From an uncultured Lentisphaerales bacterium (GTDB lineage Bacteria > Verrucomicrobiota > Lentisphaeria > JABSQK01 > UBA12247): a stretch of DNA of 25,867 bases. Location: NCBI GenBank assembly GCA_943788985.1, contig CALSSJ010000009.1, forward strand, positions 1 through 25,867. Direction: 5' to 3'. Made by a program: the position numbers and the translations under genes. Below, one piece after another: positions 1-10,393 of this stretch (positions within the stretch are counted from its first letter, which is position 1; every line of letters begins with the position of its first letter). Under the pieces are notes generated by a model. That model was not told the DNA's origin. It did no database searches and saw only the letters and a list, made by a program, of their open reading frames with translations.

Positions 1-898
1 GGTCGGCATCCAGCTTGTTCGTCGCGTCGTGTCTGAAATGAATGCTGTGGTGCTTGTAGCCAAGCATCCGGTGGACGGTTGAGGCTGTGATGTCAAGCGA
101 CTCGATGTCAAACCCCTTCTCTGCCAGTGGCTCTTGCTGCTCGGCCAGCGATTGGCTAAGACGAGCGGCTGCCTTACCGGTTGGTGCCGCTAGGTATACC
201 TTGAGCTTCTGCCCACAAAGCCGCGTGAGCAACGCCAGCAGGCCAGAGACGACGGTCGTCTTGCCCGTGCCAGGTCCGCCGGTGATGATGGTGAGTCTAT
301 TCTTTAACGCCGCGAAGCCGGCCACTTTCTGCCAATTGACGTCCCACCCGGGCACGGCCTGGGCGGGGAACAGCATGGTTAGGGCCGTGGCAACCGTGGT
401 AGTGTCGGCATTTGCTGCGGGAACCGGCTCGCCCTCGGCAATCCCTTCGAGCTGTGTCGCGAGTTCTCGTTCAAAATCGTAGTAGCGGTGCAGGTAGAGC
501 CGCCCTTCGCGGTCGAGCACAAGGGGCTTGGGCGCGCTCCTGTAGTCCCTTGGCGTACAGATGACGTTGCTGGCAGCCGCATTGTTGCGCAGGTAGTCGA
601 GCCACACCTCGGGCTCTGGCAGCTCTATGGTCGGCAGGGGCATGCCCGCTTCGTCGGCTGCTTCCAAGCGGTCTGCATCGTAGTGCGGGTAACTGCCGTC
701 GAAATCGGCATGCAATTGCTGCAGGTCGACGCAGACATGGCTGGATTCGACGGCCTGACTGGCGAGGATAGAGGCCAGGAAGAGACGGCCATCGTCACCA
801 GTTCCAGCGTGTCGGCAGACAAACTTGGCGAACTGCCAAGCTGTGTCGGAGATGACACCGGTACTCCGAATCGTGGTCAGCTGGTCGAGAATGCTCAT
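1..898 (-). CDS. recD: RecD, exodeoxyribonuclease V alpha subunit (5'-3' SF1B helicase); 3' end lies outside the window
   Basis: Absent from the ORF track because it has no stop in the window. Hand translation from the ATG at 898 (ATGA overlap with the recB stop) is open to the edge: MSILDQLTT...SHVCVDL...PLVLDREGRLYLHRYYDFERELA...VNWQKVAGFAALKNRLTIITGGPGTGKTT...VYLAAPTGKAAARLSQS...ASTVHRMLG. These are RecD Walker A, motif Ia and N-terminal signatures. Confidence 0.95.
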   Translation of the reverse strand, partial: MSILDQLTTIRSTGVISDTAWQFAKFVCRHAGTGDDGRLFLASILASQAVESSHVCVDLQQLHADFDGSYPHYDADRLEAADEAGMPLPTIELPEPEVWLDYLRNNAAASNVICTPRDYRSAPKPLVLDREGRLYLHRYYDFERELATQLEGIAEGEPVPAANADTTTVATALTMLFPAQAVPGWDVNWQKVAGFAALKNRLTIITGGPGTGKTTVVSGLLALLTRLCGQKLKVYLAAPTGKAAARLSQSLAEQQEPLAEKGFDIESLDITASTVHRMLGYKHHSIHFRHDATNKLDAD

Positions 899-3800
899 TG
901 GCTTACCTCCGTTCCTGGCAAGCCGAGAGCAGCCGATAGCTTGTTGATGACGTCGAGCGATGGCCGGTCCGAGTAGACGCAGCGCTTTGCTTCCCAATCG
1001 CCGGTGTGCTCGGCTGGTGGCATGACACCGCGCAGGAAGACGTAGTAAGCGCCGCCGAAGTGGTCATCATAGCTGTAGTTCTCCTTCCCGATCGTCGCCA
1101 GCAGGAAGTGATGCACCGCAACGCTATAGAGCAGGTATTGGAAGAAGTAGCGGTTGCGCCCCATCTCGTCGGTGATGCCCTTGCTGTCGGCATCGAAGCT
1201 GGCGAACGTGCCATCGAGCCGGTTGGACTTCCAGTCAAGCAAATAGTAGCGGTATGGATGCCCGGACAGCGAATCGTCGTGGACACGAAACGTGAGGTCG
1301 ATGAAGCCAGTCATGAAGCCGCGCAGTGTGACGTCGTCCATTTCGTCTTCGGCGGCATCCGGCGGCAACTTGGTTATCCGTCGGTTCCGGGCTGCCTCTG
1401 CCTTTTTGATCCAATCGTTGAGGATGTCGCTGAAACTGTTCTTCTTTGACCAGTCGGAGGCGATTAGTGCCTGCGCAATACCCTTGCGTGAGACTCCGCC
1501 GTCGGCGACGGGAAAGTCGAACTGCATTTCGGCAAGACAATCAGTCGGAGCGACCGTGCTGAGTTTGACCGGACGCTCCCGGGGCCCAAGCTCGAGGTCC
1601 AGAGTGGCCTTCACCATATTGCACAGCGTCTGGATACGTTGTGTCCGCAACTCAGTGGCTTTGGTGTTTGTCTCCTCAGCCTCGCGAATCAGGCGAAAGC
1701 GTCCAGCCCAGTCTTCGACTAACTGGCGATGCGTGGTCGGTTGGGTGAAATCCATGTGCTCGAAGATCGCATGCCAGCAGTTCCCGGTCTTTTTACCGGG
1801 AACGAAGGAGAAAAGGCTTTTGGGATCGCGCGATAGCGTTTCTCGGTCGAGCTGTGTCGCGGCCAGCTTGTCCTGCGGCGTTTCGCCATCGTAGTCGCGT
1901 ATTTCAGTTGCACTCATGGTTAGGTGAGCATGGCCATGGTCAGCGAGTTTCGAGAAACTGAGGATTTGCCAGTTCTTATCGACCGGATGCCCGAGTGTGA
2001 GCTGGCTGTCGAGCGTGACGCCTGTGGCGACGTCGTTCTGCGGTTGGGGCGGCAGGTCAGGGGCAATGGAAGTCGGGTTCCTCTCAATGTACGCGCCGTT
2101 TACCTCGATAGCCGCGTCGGCAACTTTCTTGGTCTTGGAGACGCTTGGATCGTCCTGTTTTGGACGGTCCTTGGGCGTTAGCAGATAGTTCAGGGCGTGA
2201 CGATGGTCATCGCCAAACTCTCCCGAGATCAGGTGGGTCTGCAGCTTGGCACGTGTGACGGCGACATACAGGAGTCGTACCTGTTCCTGGAGACTCTCAT
2301 CCTGATGCCAGTTTTTCGGGCCGTTGTGACCTGGGAGATCAGCTCCGAAGTCGTCATCCTTGTCCAGATTGAGCTGGAGTCTGGCTCCCTCGTGATACTC
2401 TAGAAAGCTGCTGTTTGAGGTCGTGGGATTCTTCGTCCACATGAAGGGGGCCACAACGTATGGGAACTGGAGGCCCTTGCTCTTGAACACGGTCATGATG
2501 GTGACCGCATCTTCATCTGATTCCAGACGGATTTCATGTTCGTCGGAGTCGATTCGATTGTCTTTGTCAAGCTGACGCTCGAGCCAGCGCAGAGTGGCAA
2601 AAATGCCAAGTTTCTGCTCACGGGCTGCCCGGTCGACGATTTCGGCTATCTGCAGGACATTGGTCACACGCCGCTCGCCATTGACTGTCGAGAGTAGGTG
2701 TTCGCGGCTTTTGAGGGCGCGCAGGATGCGGGTGACGCCGACGAGAAAACCGTAGTGTTTCCAGTTCTGGTGGGCCTCTTCGAAGGCCCCTGCAGCCTCT
2801 TGGACTGCCTGCCCAATGATGCCGGTGCCAGCGATCGCCAGCTCAGTACCGGTCGTCGCGAATAGCGGTGTGGCCAACGCGCAGCGGACGCGACTAAGAT
2901 CCTTCGGATCCAACATCGCTGCCATCACTTGGAGGAGGTCGGCGGCCTCATCGCTGTCGAAGACCCTGCCCGCGCTTTGCAGCACGGCGGGGATACCATG
3001 TCTAGCAAGGGCCTCCTTGACGATCGGCGCTTCCTTGTGTCTCTGGATGAGGACGGCAATGTTTTGCGGCGGTACTCCTCTGCCGGTTAGCTCCGCAATC
3101 CGCTTGGCGGCAAGTTCTGCAGATTGGCTAACGCCGGCGTTTTTCTTGATCTTTTCACCGTCCTGCATCGGCACCAGGTCGATGGTCAGCGGGTGAGCAG
3201 TGCCGGACGCCCCCGACTCCGGAGGAACAGCGGGAGTGAACACGATCTTCGGCGTGGCGAAAGAGCCGTGAACTGGCTCCGTCTGCGGTGGCTCGGCAAA
3301 GAGTTCGTTCACTGCGTTGATCATGTTTCCGGTCGAGCGCCAGTTGGTCAGCAGCGAGAACCGACGATTCTCGGGCGCCTGTTCGCGCGCATCAAAATAG
3401 GTTTCCAGGTCGCCGCTACGAAAACTATAGACGGCTTGCTTCGGGTCGCCTACCAGAAACACAGGAAGCTCGGGATCCTGTTCGTGGAAGGCCTCCCAAA
3501 AGACACGGTACTGAACGGGATCCGTATCTTGAAATTCGTCGATGATCGCCATTTTGAAACGCTGTCTGACAGCGTCTTTGAGCAATTTAGTGGTTGCCCC
3601 GCCCTTGACTAAGGCATCGCGAAGGTTGACAAGCAGATCGTCGTAGGTAACGACATTGCGTTCCAACTTAAGCTCGTTAAGGCGAATACGGAAGTCTTCC
3701 ACGAACTGGCGCTTAAACCATAGCTTCCAGCGCTTGGAGCAGCGGGCCCATAGGCTGGAGATATCAGTCAAAGGCTTCAATGACGGCCAGGCGGGTGTTT

Positions 3801-5098
3801 CCCGGATATTGCTCTCGATCACCCCTGGGCTCAGCCCGGACAATGTACCAAAGACACCTTTCACCTTCAGTTTCTCCGCATCACCGGTCTTTAGCGCAGC
3901 GTACAGGATGTCTCCTTTTTTCTTTGCAATATTGTAGATTTTGCTTTTGAAAAAGAAGGCGGAGCCGTGGAAATCTAACAAGGCATCCAGCCAACCGCCT
4001 TCGCCTTGCTCGCCGGCGATGTCTAGAAGAGTTTGCAAGGCTTTCTGGGTTTGCGGGTCCGTATCGAGTTGCGGCAGCCATACGGACGCTGCAGTCGGCC
4101 CCTTGGCCCCCCCCTTCTGCACACGCCAGCGCTCACCAATCGTTTGGCATGCTTCTGCAAAACCTCGAAGAGATCCGGACAATTCAGGCAGCTGAGCAAT
4201 CAAATGCTTTTTGCGCGCTTCGGGTGACACCGCCGCCAGATCAGCAATGCTGAAACCGTCATCAATGATATTTTGCAGATGCCCAAGTATTTGCGTACGG
4301 GCCCGCGCAGCAATCGCGCCGTATCGCACTCCGGCGTCCAAGACTGCTTGGATCTCGTCTTTACCGGTCGCTGCCTGCTCAATAATCAGCTCGCGCACCT
4401 CGGGCGGAAGACAGCTGGCCTCTTTGTCTGCGAGGTCAGGGAGGATGGCCGCATCGGGCTTGCCCAGCGAGTCTGTCGCTAGGCGCGAGAGTGTAGCAAG
4501 TGATTGCCCGTAAGCCAGAGCTGCTTCCATATCAGTCAGGGTAAGCACGGACCGACGAAGAACATCCATCGCGACTTCGTTGATGAGCTGCCCCTTGTCG
4601 CCAATCTGTTCCGCATCGAAGTCGATGCCGCATTCGAACGCGCATTCGCTGAGCATCCGGCCGCAGAAGCCGTGAATGGTGAAGATTGATGCGCGATCAA
4701 ATTCAGCGCACGCTCGACGGGCGCGGAATCTACAGATCAGGCTGGCCTGCTCATCGGTTTTTTCCCTGTTCGGCCACGAGTTTTCCGACTGCTGCACCGA
4801 TAAGACGGTCGATGTCGGTGGCATCTGAGGCATGAGGCTCACGCTGGTCGCCGGTGCCCAGCGCCTGAGCGACAGTGGTAAGCACTGCCTGCAGGCGTTG
4901 CCGCAGCTCCTGCGTCGCAGCCTCGGTGAAGGTGACAACAAGGAGCTGATCGACCGTCCAGCCTGTCTCTAGGATAACTCGCGCATACAGGTTGGCGATC
5001 TGATAGGTCTTGCCGGTTCCGGCGCTGGCCTCGACAACGTTCCAGCCTGCGATATCGCAGTCGAAGACTCGCTTGTGAAATGATTTTTCCGGATCCAT
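895..5098 (-). CDS. recB: RecB, exodeoxyribonuclease V beta subunit (UvrD-like helicase plus PD-(D/E)xK nuclease); one frameshift at 4758-4763, about 1400 aa when repaired
   Basis: The N-terminus from the ATG at 5098 (MDPEKSF...VVEASAGTGKTYQI...LLVVTFTEAATQELRQRL) is in ORF 4751..5227. The rest is in ORF 895..4941: IFTIHGFC, IIDEFQDTDPVQY, VGDPKQAVYSFRSGD, TNWRS, MTVFKSKGLQF, RLLYVAVTRA and nuclease GFIDL...LLDWKSN...QYLLY. Removing one A from the A6 run joins them as EQGKTDEQ. Confidence 0.95.
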
Positions 5099-8000
5099 TA
5101 CGCGTTGTCCTTCTTCGGCGGCTTTGTCCAGAATTTCCACGCATCGTAGATCGACTTGGCGATGGCTTCGAAGCGGATGAGGGAGAAGTCTTGCGCAGCG
5201 TGGCCTGCAAAACTGTCGCGGTTGCACAGTGACTGACGACCGAAGCAGTAGCGGTTGGCCAAGGCTTCGACGCCGTCATAAGCAACCTTATTATCATTGC
5301 CCAGCCATTCTGCGTCGGCCGCTTCCACGGCTGCGTCCTCGCCCGTTTTTCCGGCTGCTTCTCCCGCGTCGAGAGCGATGGCGTAGGCGAACGATGCGGC
5401 CGGTGAAAACGGCAGTGGGGCGGCCATTCCCCGTTGGTAAAGATCGTTGAAATAGTCGCGATTCGTGTCGAGTTGCGCGGCACGTTCCGGCTGGTCGTCA
5501 GCATCGGAGCTGGTGACGGCGTACAGAACTTCAATGACTGGATTGTTGGAGGCATCGAGGCCGGCGAGAACCGTCGTTGTTTGAGGGGCCTCGCTGAGCA
5601 CGACGAGGTGATGAACAAGGACTGTCACCCGGTCTTTGTGCTTGATGCCGCTGAATCGATAGCGCAAGTTGATGTTTGAGATGTCATTGTCGAGCAGCTT
5701 TTGGACCGTCCAGCATTTATCGTCAATCGTAACTGAAGTCTCAAGGAAGCGCAGCGCGGTAGCCCACTGATCGTCGAACCATGCGCGATTACGCTCACCC
5801 GGCGCGAAGTCGCCGGTGTCGTGCAGGCGATCAAAAAGCTTGCTGGAGGCAGTTGCCATAGCGTCCTCAGTGAGCCCTTGCCACTGGCAATCGCGCACGA
5901 CGTCGAGGATGCGTTGATTGAGGGTGTACTTGGTCAGCGTTCCGAGATCAACGGGCTCGTCATCTTCCAGCGTTACGCTGTCGTCCTTTAGGTACAGGCC
6001 CAGGCGATTTTTCAGCAGATAGGCCGCTGGCATCTGAAAGAACCACTCCATGTCCTCCGCTGAGGGATTTGCGAATGGATCGGCCTGCGGTGCCTTGACG
6101 GGACCGTTGTCCCTGAAGAGTACGTCGAGTTCCGCGCGGTCGCTGGCATAAAGCTTCTGCGCTGCGTCGAACGCTGACTTGGAATACGTCTGAAGCCGCG
6201 GCTGCGCCGAGTCAAAGTAGGCCTTGGAGAAGCTGTGCAGCGGGGTGCGCGATAACCAGGTGCCCGCTCAGTGTCTTGAACGCCTCGTCAGGAAGCTCCA
6301 GCTGCTCCTTGATCAGCGCCAGTAATTCGCGAACGACAGTGGACGGCTGTCGCTCAGAGTTGTCTTGGATGGAGCGACCGTTGTAGCTGATATGAAGCCG
6401 GTGGCGGGCGCTAATGATGGCTTCCAAGAACATATAACGGTCGTCGAGGCGGCGTGAGCGGTCGCAGCGTCGGCGCGCGCCTGTCTGAATGAGGTTGAAG
6501 TCGCGGGCTGGATCCTGGCGTGGAAAGGAACCGTCGTTCATGCCGAGCAGCCAAACAAAATCGGCCGGTATGCTGCGCATTGGCAGCATCGAGCAGAAGG
6601 TGACGCGTCCGCGACAGAACAGACTCGAGCTTTGCGAACTGCGCAGAGCACCGCTCAGATAAGATTCAACGACAGCAAGCGGCAGGCTTTCCGCCAGTTT
6701 CGCAGCAGCCGCGTGATTGGTCATGTTTTCAAGTGCATGGCGGACGGCGGCGATATCCGCGTAGGTGCTGTCGTCGCCGACAAAGAAGCGGTCAAGCGTC
6801 TCGCTGAGGAGGGTGCACCACTCCGTGGCAGGCATCGGGCTTCCAATTCGATCCCGAAATGTGCAAAGATCATCGATGAATTGGGCGAGTTTTCCAAGCA
6901 GAATAGCGTTACTGCCTTCGACCTCGTTAAATGGTGCGATGCCGGAAAAGGCGGTGTCAGATGTGTCGGCTGCAGCGAAGTCGCCGAGTGCATAGCCTCC
7001 GAACAGACGATCTAGGCCAGCACGCCATGAGTTGGCCTCACCAAGCTCCTCGAAATCTAGGTCTTTCCGGTGGGGGGCATCGATGCCCCAGCGGATGTTT
7101 GCGTCGCGTGCCCAACGCTGCAGGAGTGTCACGTCCTCCTCGCTCAGGCGGCACGCGGTAGCGATGGCGTCGACACCGAGCAGGTCAAAGACCTCGCTGG
7201 CGCGGAAGCGCAAGCGAGGCAGCTTGAGCAGGGCCAGGAAGGCCTGGACGACAGCGCTCTCCGCCGCCGCAGTTCGGTCGGCGATGGTATAGGGAATGTA
7301 GTCGGCGGCATTGCGGGCACGGCGGTTGAAGATGGCTTCGATCACAGGGACGTAGTCTTCGATATCTGGTGCCATGATGACGACATGACGGGGGAGGCGG
7401 GACTGGTCACTGTTGAACCAGTTCAGCAACTGGTCGCGGAGGACCTCTATCTCGCGCATGCGGCTATGGCAGTCATGCAGAAGCAGAGAGCAGTCGTCGC
7501 CGCTTGAGAGCGCGGCCTGGCAGTCGGCCGCCTCCTGCCCGTCGTTTGAGGCATTGAAGATACCATTCTGTAGCGCCCCAAGCAGCGTGCTGGGGCCTGG
7601 AGGCTCAGCCGCGAAGAGCGCGCTGTCGCTGGGGTCCGCTAGTCCGCCAGTCTCTTCGTCACCGCCTGAGCACTGCTCCAAGATCTCGCCGAGAAAATCG
7701 CGGATCAGTCCACCGAACGAGTTGAGTAGGCTGTTGCCGCTCTCCAAGGCGTCCGCGTCAAGCGTGGCCTCGTCCAGCTCCGCGAGGCGCAGCTGAAGTT
7801 TGATGGTGTCGATTTTTCGCTCGTCGTCCAGCCAGTAGTGAGGCGAGGGGTTGCGTAGGAACAGATGGACGTCGATCTTCTGGCCAAGGGCGCGAAAGAA
7901 CTGCAGATAGAGGGGAGGCATGGTGCTGATGCCAAATAGCCAGACGCGCTTGAGTTGCCCTGGTGCGAACTGAGTCGACTTGTACCTTTTGAGAAACGCG

Positions 8001-8647
8001 GCGATCCGCTGGTCCCGAGACTGCCCGCCAGCGCTTGCTAGACTGCGCCACAGCTGGGGCTGCCAGGCATTATTGGAGTGCTTGAGCTCGTCGCTTTCCC
8101 GGCTATCCCGCCAGGCGGCGAGCATCTCAGGGCGGTGGATTTCGTATTGATCGAAGACATCGGCAATCTCACGGGCCAGTTGGAAGCGGCGGCGGTCGGT
8201 GTTGCCGTCTTCGCGAATCATGTAGGCTCGCAGGCCTGCGAAGACGTCAGGCTCAGTGTCTGGCAGGGGGCCCAACAGGTGGTACAGGCGCCAGGCTAGG
8301 ACGTCGCGGTCAAAGAGGTCGGTTACCCGCTCGCCGAGTTCTGACCACCGGTGAGTGGCCTCGTCAAGATGCAAAAGCCCGAAATTGAGTAGATCATTTG
8401 GCATGACAAAGCGAATGTTTGCCTGGACGCCAGTGGTGTTGACCTCAGAGGACAGGTCGCCGCTGAACGACTTCGGTGCGGCTAGTTGCTGAAGCAACCA
8501 CGATTCCATGCCACGGCTATTGATCACCACGGTTTCCGTATAGAACGGATCCGCATCTGGGCCGCTCTTCCGCGCCTCGTTCAGCAAGCCGGACATCTTG
8601 GCGGCAAGCCGCTCAATATCGTTACTGGTATGAAGATGAAAAGCCAT
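5098..8647 (-). CDS. recC: RecC, exodeoxyribonuclease V gamma subunit; one frameshift at 6242-6245, about 1182 aa when repaired
   Basis: ORF 6212..8647 has FHLHTSNDIERL, ADVFDQYEIHRPEM, LFGISTMPP, NPSPHYW, HDCHSRMREIEVLRDQL, IRWGID, TFCSMLPMRSIP, LLGMNDGSFPR and DDRYMFLEAIISAR. Removing one C from CACCCCG gives HPLHSFSKAYF, which reads through in frame into ORF 5098..6051 (FFQMPAAYLLKNRLGLYL...PLPFSP). The TAA stop overlaps the recB ATG (TAATG). Confidence 0.95.
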
Positions 8648-8789
8648 GCATCCCCGAAATCCGCAGTGTGTGACGAAACATTGCTACAACTCGGACGTAC
8701 AACAAGGAAGTCAAGCGTAAGTCCCTCAGTTTTTGCGAGCAAAAAAGTTCTTCGGTCGGACTGTGTTGTACCTGATCAAACAAATCTCT

Positions 8790-9245
8790 CTATCGTGCGG
8801 GGGAAACAGGGATAAATATGTGACTGCTAAAATTCGAGGTCGATGGTCCCTCTTCTTGCGGTGAATGCCAGTACTCGTCAGCAGCGGACTTGGTCGCCAC
8901 CACGTTTGCGTCAATGTCATAGTTCATGTCAATGCCTACAGATACGGTTGACCACACTGGGCCATTGGCAAATCCATGAGTCGTAATCTCGAAGCAGATC
9001 AGATTGGGCGCGTCATAGCTCGCGACAAAACGTTCGAATCGGTCATAATCCACGTCCTCCTCCCTGTCGTCTATCGCATCCCAAGCCGTTTGGGCAACCG
9101 GGGAAGCATTGACGATCTCGCCTAGCTCGTGAATGAAAACGAAATCGATGGCTGGGGACAGGTCACCGTTTTCATCGAAGAGCGGATTGCCGGTTGCCGG
9201 ACAAAATAAGTTATCGTGATCAAGATCAAGTAGCACGATTTGCAT
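8790..9245 (-). CDS. Hypothetical acidic protein, 151 aa
   Basis: ATG start with GAGG upstream (CCGAGGTGCCCTATG), co-oriented with neighbours, fills the gap, globular-looking sequence (FCPATG, CFEITTHGFANGPV). No function recognised. Confidence 0.75.
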   Translation of the reverse strand: MQIVLLDLDHDNLFCPATGNPLFDENGDLSPAIDFVFIHELGEIVNASPVAQTAWDAIDDREEDVDYDRFERFVASYDAPNLICFEITTHGFANGPVWSTVSVGIDMNYDIDANVVATKSAADEYWHSPQEEGPSTSNFSSHIFIPVSPAR

Positions 9246-9321
9246 AGGGCACCTCGGAATGTTGAGTTAGGCTATGGGCAGATGCCTGGCTGGCAAGGCT
9301 TGGCAAAACGCGGAGTTGCGG

Positions 9322-9597
9322 TCAGGAGGGATTGGTGTGCACGGTTCTGGTATTGAGTTCGATCGAAAAAAGCACACCGATGATCTCACCAAATGCTGCG
9401 GAAAGCAGCCCGGTCAAAATCAGGAACGAACCGGCGCCGATTGAAAGTACGCTTGACTCTCCCACCAGTGTGACCTGCGGCTCCTGCGCAAGCAGGCCGT
9501 GAGCGATTGCGACGTAAGCACCGAGGCAAATGATCAGCCAGCCTAGAATTTTCAAGAGCAGTGAAATGAGGCTTAGGATGAGAAATTTTGAGTTCAT
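9322..9597 (-). CDS. Small membrane protein with two predicted TM helices, 91 aa
   Basis: Two long hydrophobic segments and a C-terminal GEIIGVLFSIELNTR motif; GAAGG upstream of the ATG. Confidence 0.8.
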   Translation of the reverse strand: MNSKFLILSLISLLLKILGWLIICLGAYVAIAHGLLAQEPQVTLVGESSVLSIGAGSFLILTGLLSAAFGEIIGVLFSIELNTRTVHTNPS

Positions 9598-9654
9598 ATT
9601 GGGGACCTTCGTTCTTTTATGTGAGTGGGGGGCTGTCGGAATGCGGAATAAAAA

Positions 9655-10254
9655 TCATTGTGCCACCCGAATCTCGGTTGGCTCTCCCAAGGCGACCAGA
9701 GCCCGCTGAAGGCAGGACAAGGTGAGCACATCATCGACTTCGGCGGCACGGTAGCAGGAGCCAATGAACGGACAGTCCTGTAGATTTATGCCGCAGAGTT
9801 CTTCGTTAGTTGTTGCGCTCAGTTGGCTCATGATTTCGCTCACGTAGTAGTAGGCATTTGCCTCTGGCGAGTCAGTAATGCACCAGTCATCAACGTAATG
9901 ATAGTACGCAGGTCCGTGCTCTGGAATCTCCTTATCAAGCTCGTCGATCTCGACATTTTGACAATCCATCAGGAAGTCGGCATCCTTGAATTCCTCTGCA
10001 GAGACGCTCTGGTAGTTGGTGAGATACTCCCGGTATGTGATAGCCGGCGGTTCGTCGTAGCGTTTCCCGTCGAGGCAAAGTATGAATTCTGCGTAATCGT
10101 CGGCGCAGGCATAGAGCACCGTTTTTGCGTCCTTTATTTCCGGCGCGAGGTGCTCTCCGGCAGCGGCCAGAGATTGCGCTTGAGCCAGCCAGTCCGGCAC
10201 AAAAAGGCTCACACCCGCAGCCACGGTGCTTTTGAAAAATGATCGTCGCTTCAT
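9655..10254 (-). CDS. Acidic hypothetical protein with a twin-arginine (Tat)-like signal peptide, 199 aa
   Basis: N-terminus MKRRSFFKSTVAAGVSLFVPDWLAQAQSLAAA fits the RRxFLK Tat consensus followed by a hydrophobic stretch and AxA sites; GGGAG upstream of the ATG. Confidence 0.8.
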   Translation of the reverse strand: MKRRSFFKSTVAAGVSLFVPDWLAQAQSLAAAGEHLAPEIKDAKTVLYACADDYAEFILCLDGKRYDEPPAITYREYLTNYQSVSAEEFKDADFLMDCQNVEIDELDKEIPEHGPAYYHYVDDWCITDSPEANAYYYVSEIMSQLSATTNEELCGINLQDCPFIGSCYRAAEVDDVLTLSCLQRALVALGEPTEIRVAQ

Positions 10255-10393
10255 CCTGAAGTTGCTCCCGTTATATTCTTTGGTACGCTATGATTGTCAT
10301 CGTCTCAGGCCATCTGCTAGTGTGGTGTGTCGTAAGTTCATGGGTTAATCCGAAAGGCCCTCGTATTTTCCGACGAACTTGTGTTTCACCGCA

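Noticed and set aside
4758..4767. G GGA AAA slippery heptamer at the recB break, suggesting programmed -1 frameshifting
   Set aside because: The -1 frame stops within a few codons (CCG ATG AGC AGG CCA GCC TGA). The RecB continuation needs a +1 shift.
9246..9321. GTTAGGC/GCCTAAC at 9266-9272 resembling an integron attC core site between small genes
   Set aside because: There is no matching partner box in the right order and orientation, the other spacers lack it, and no integron integrase is in the window.
10299..10345. Possible third copy of the repeat (cgtctcagg and gtaag)
   Set aside because: Only short words match, their spacing differs from the two real copies, and there is no GG-N10-GC motif.
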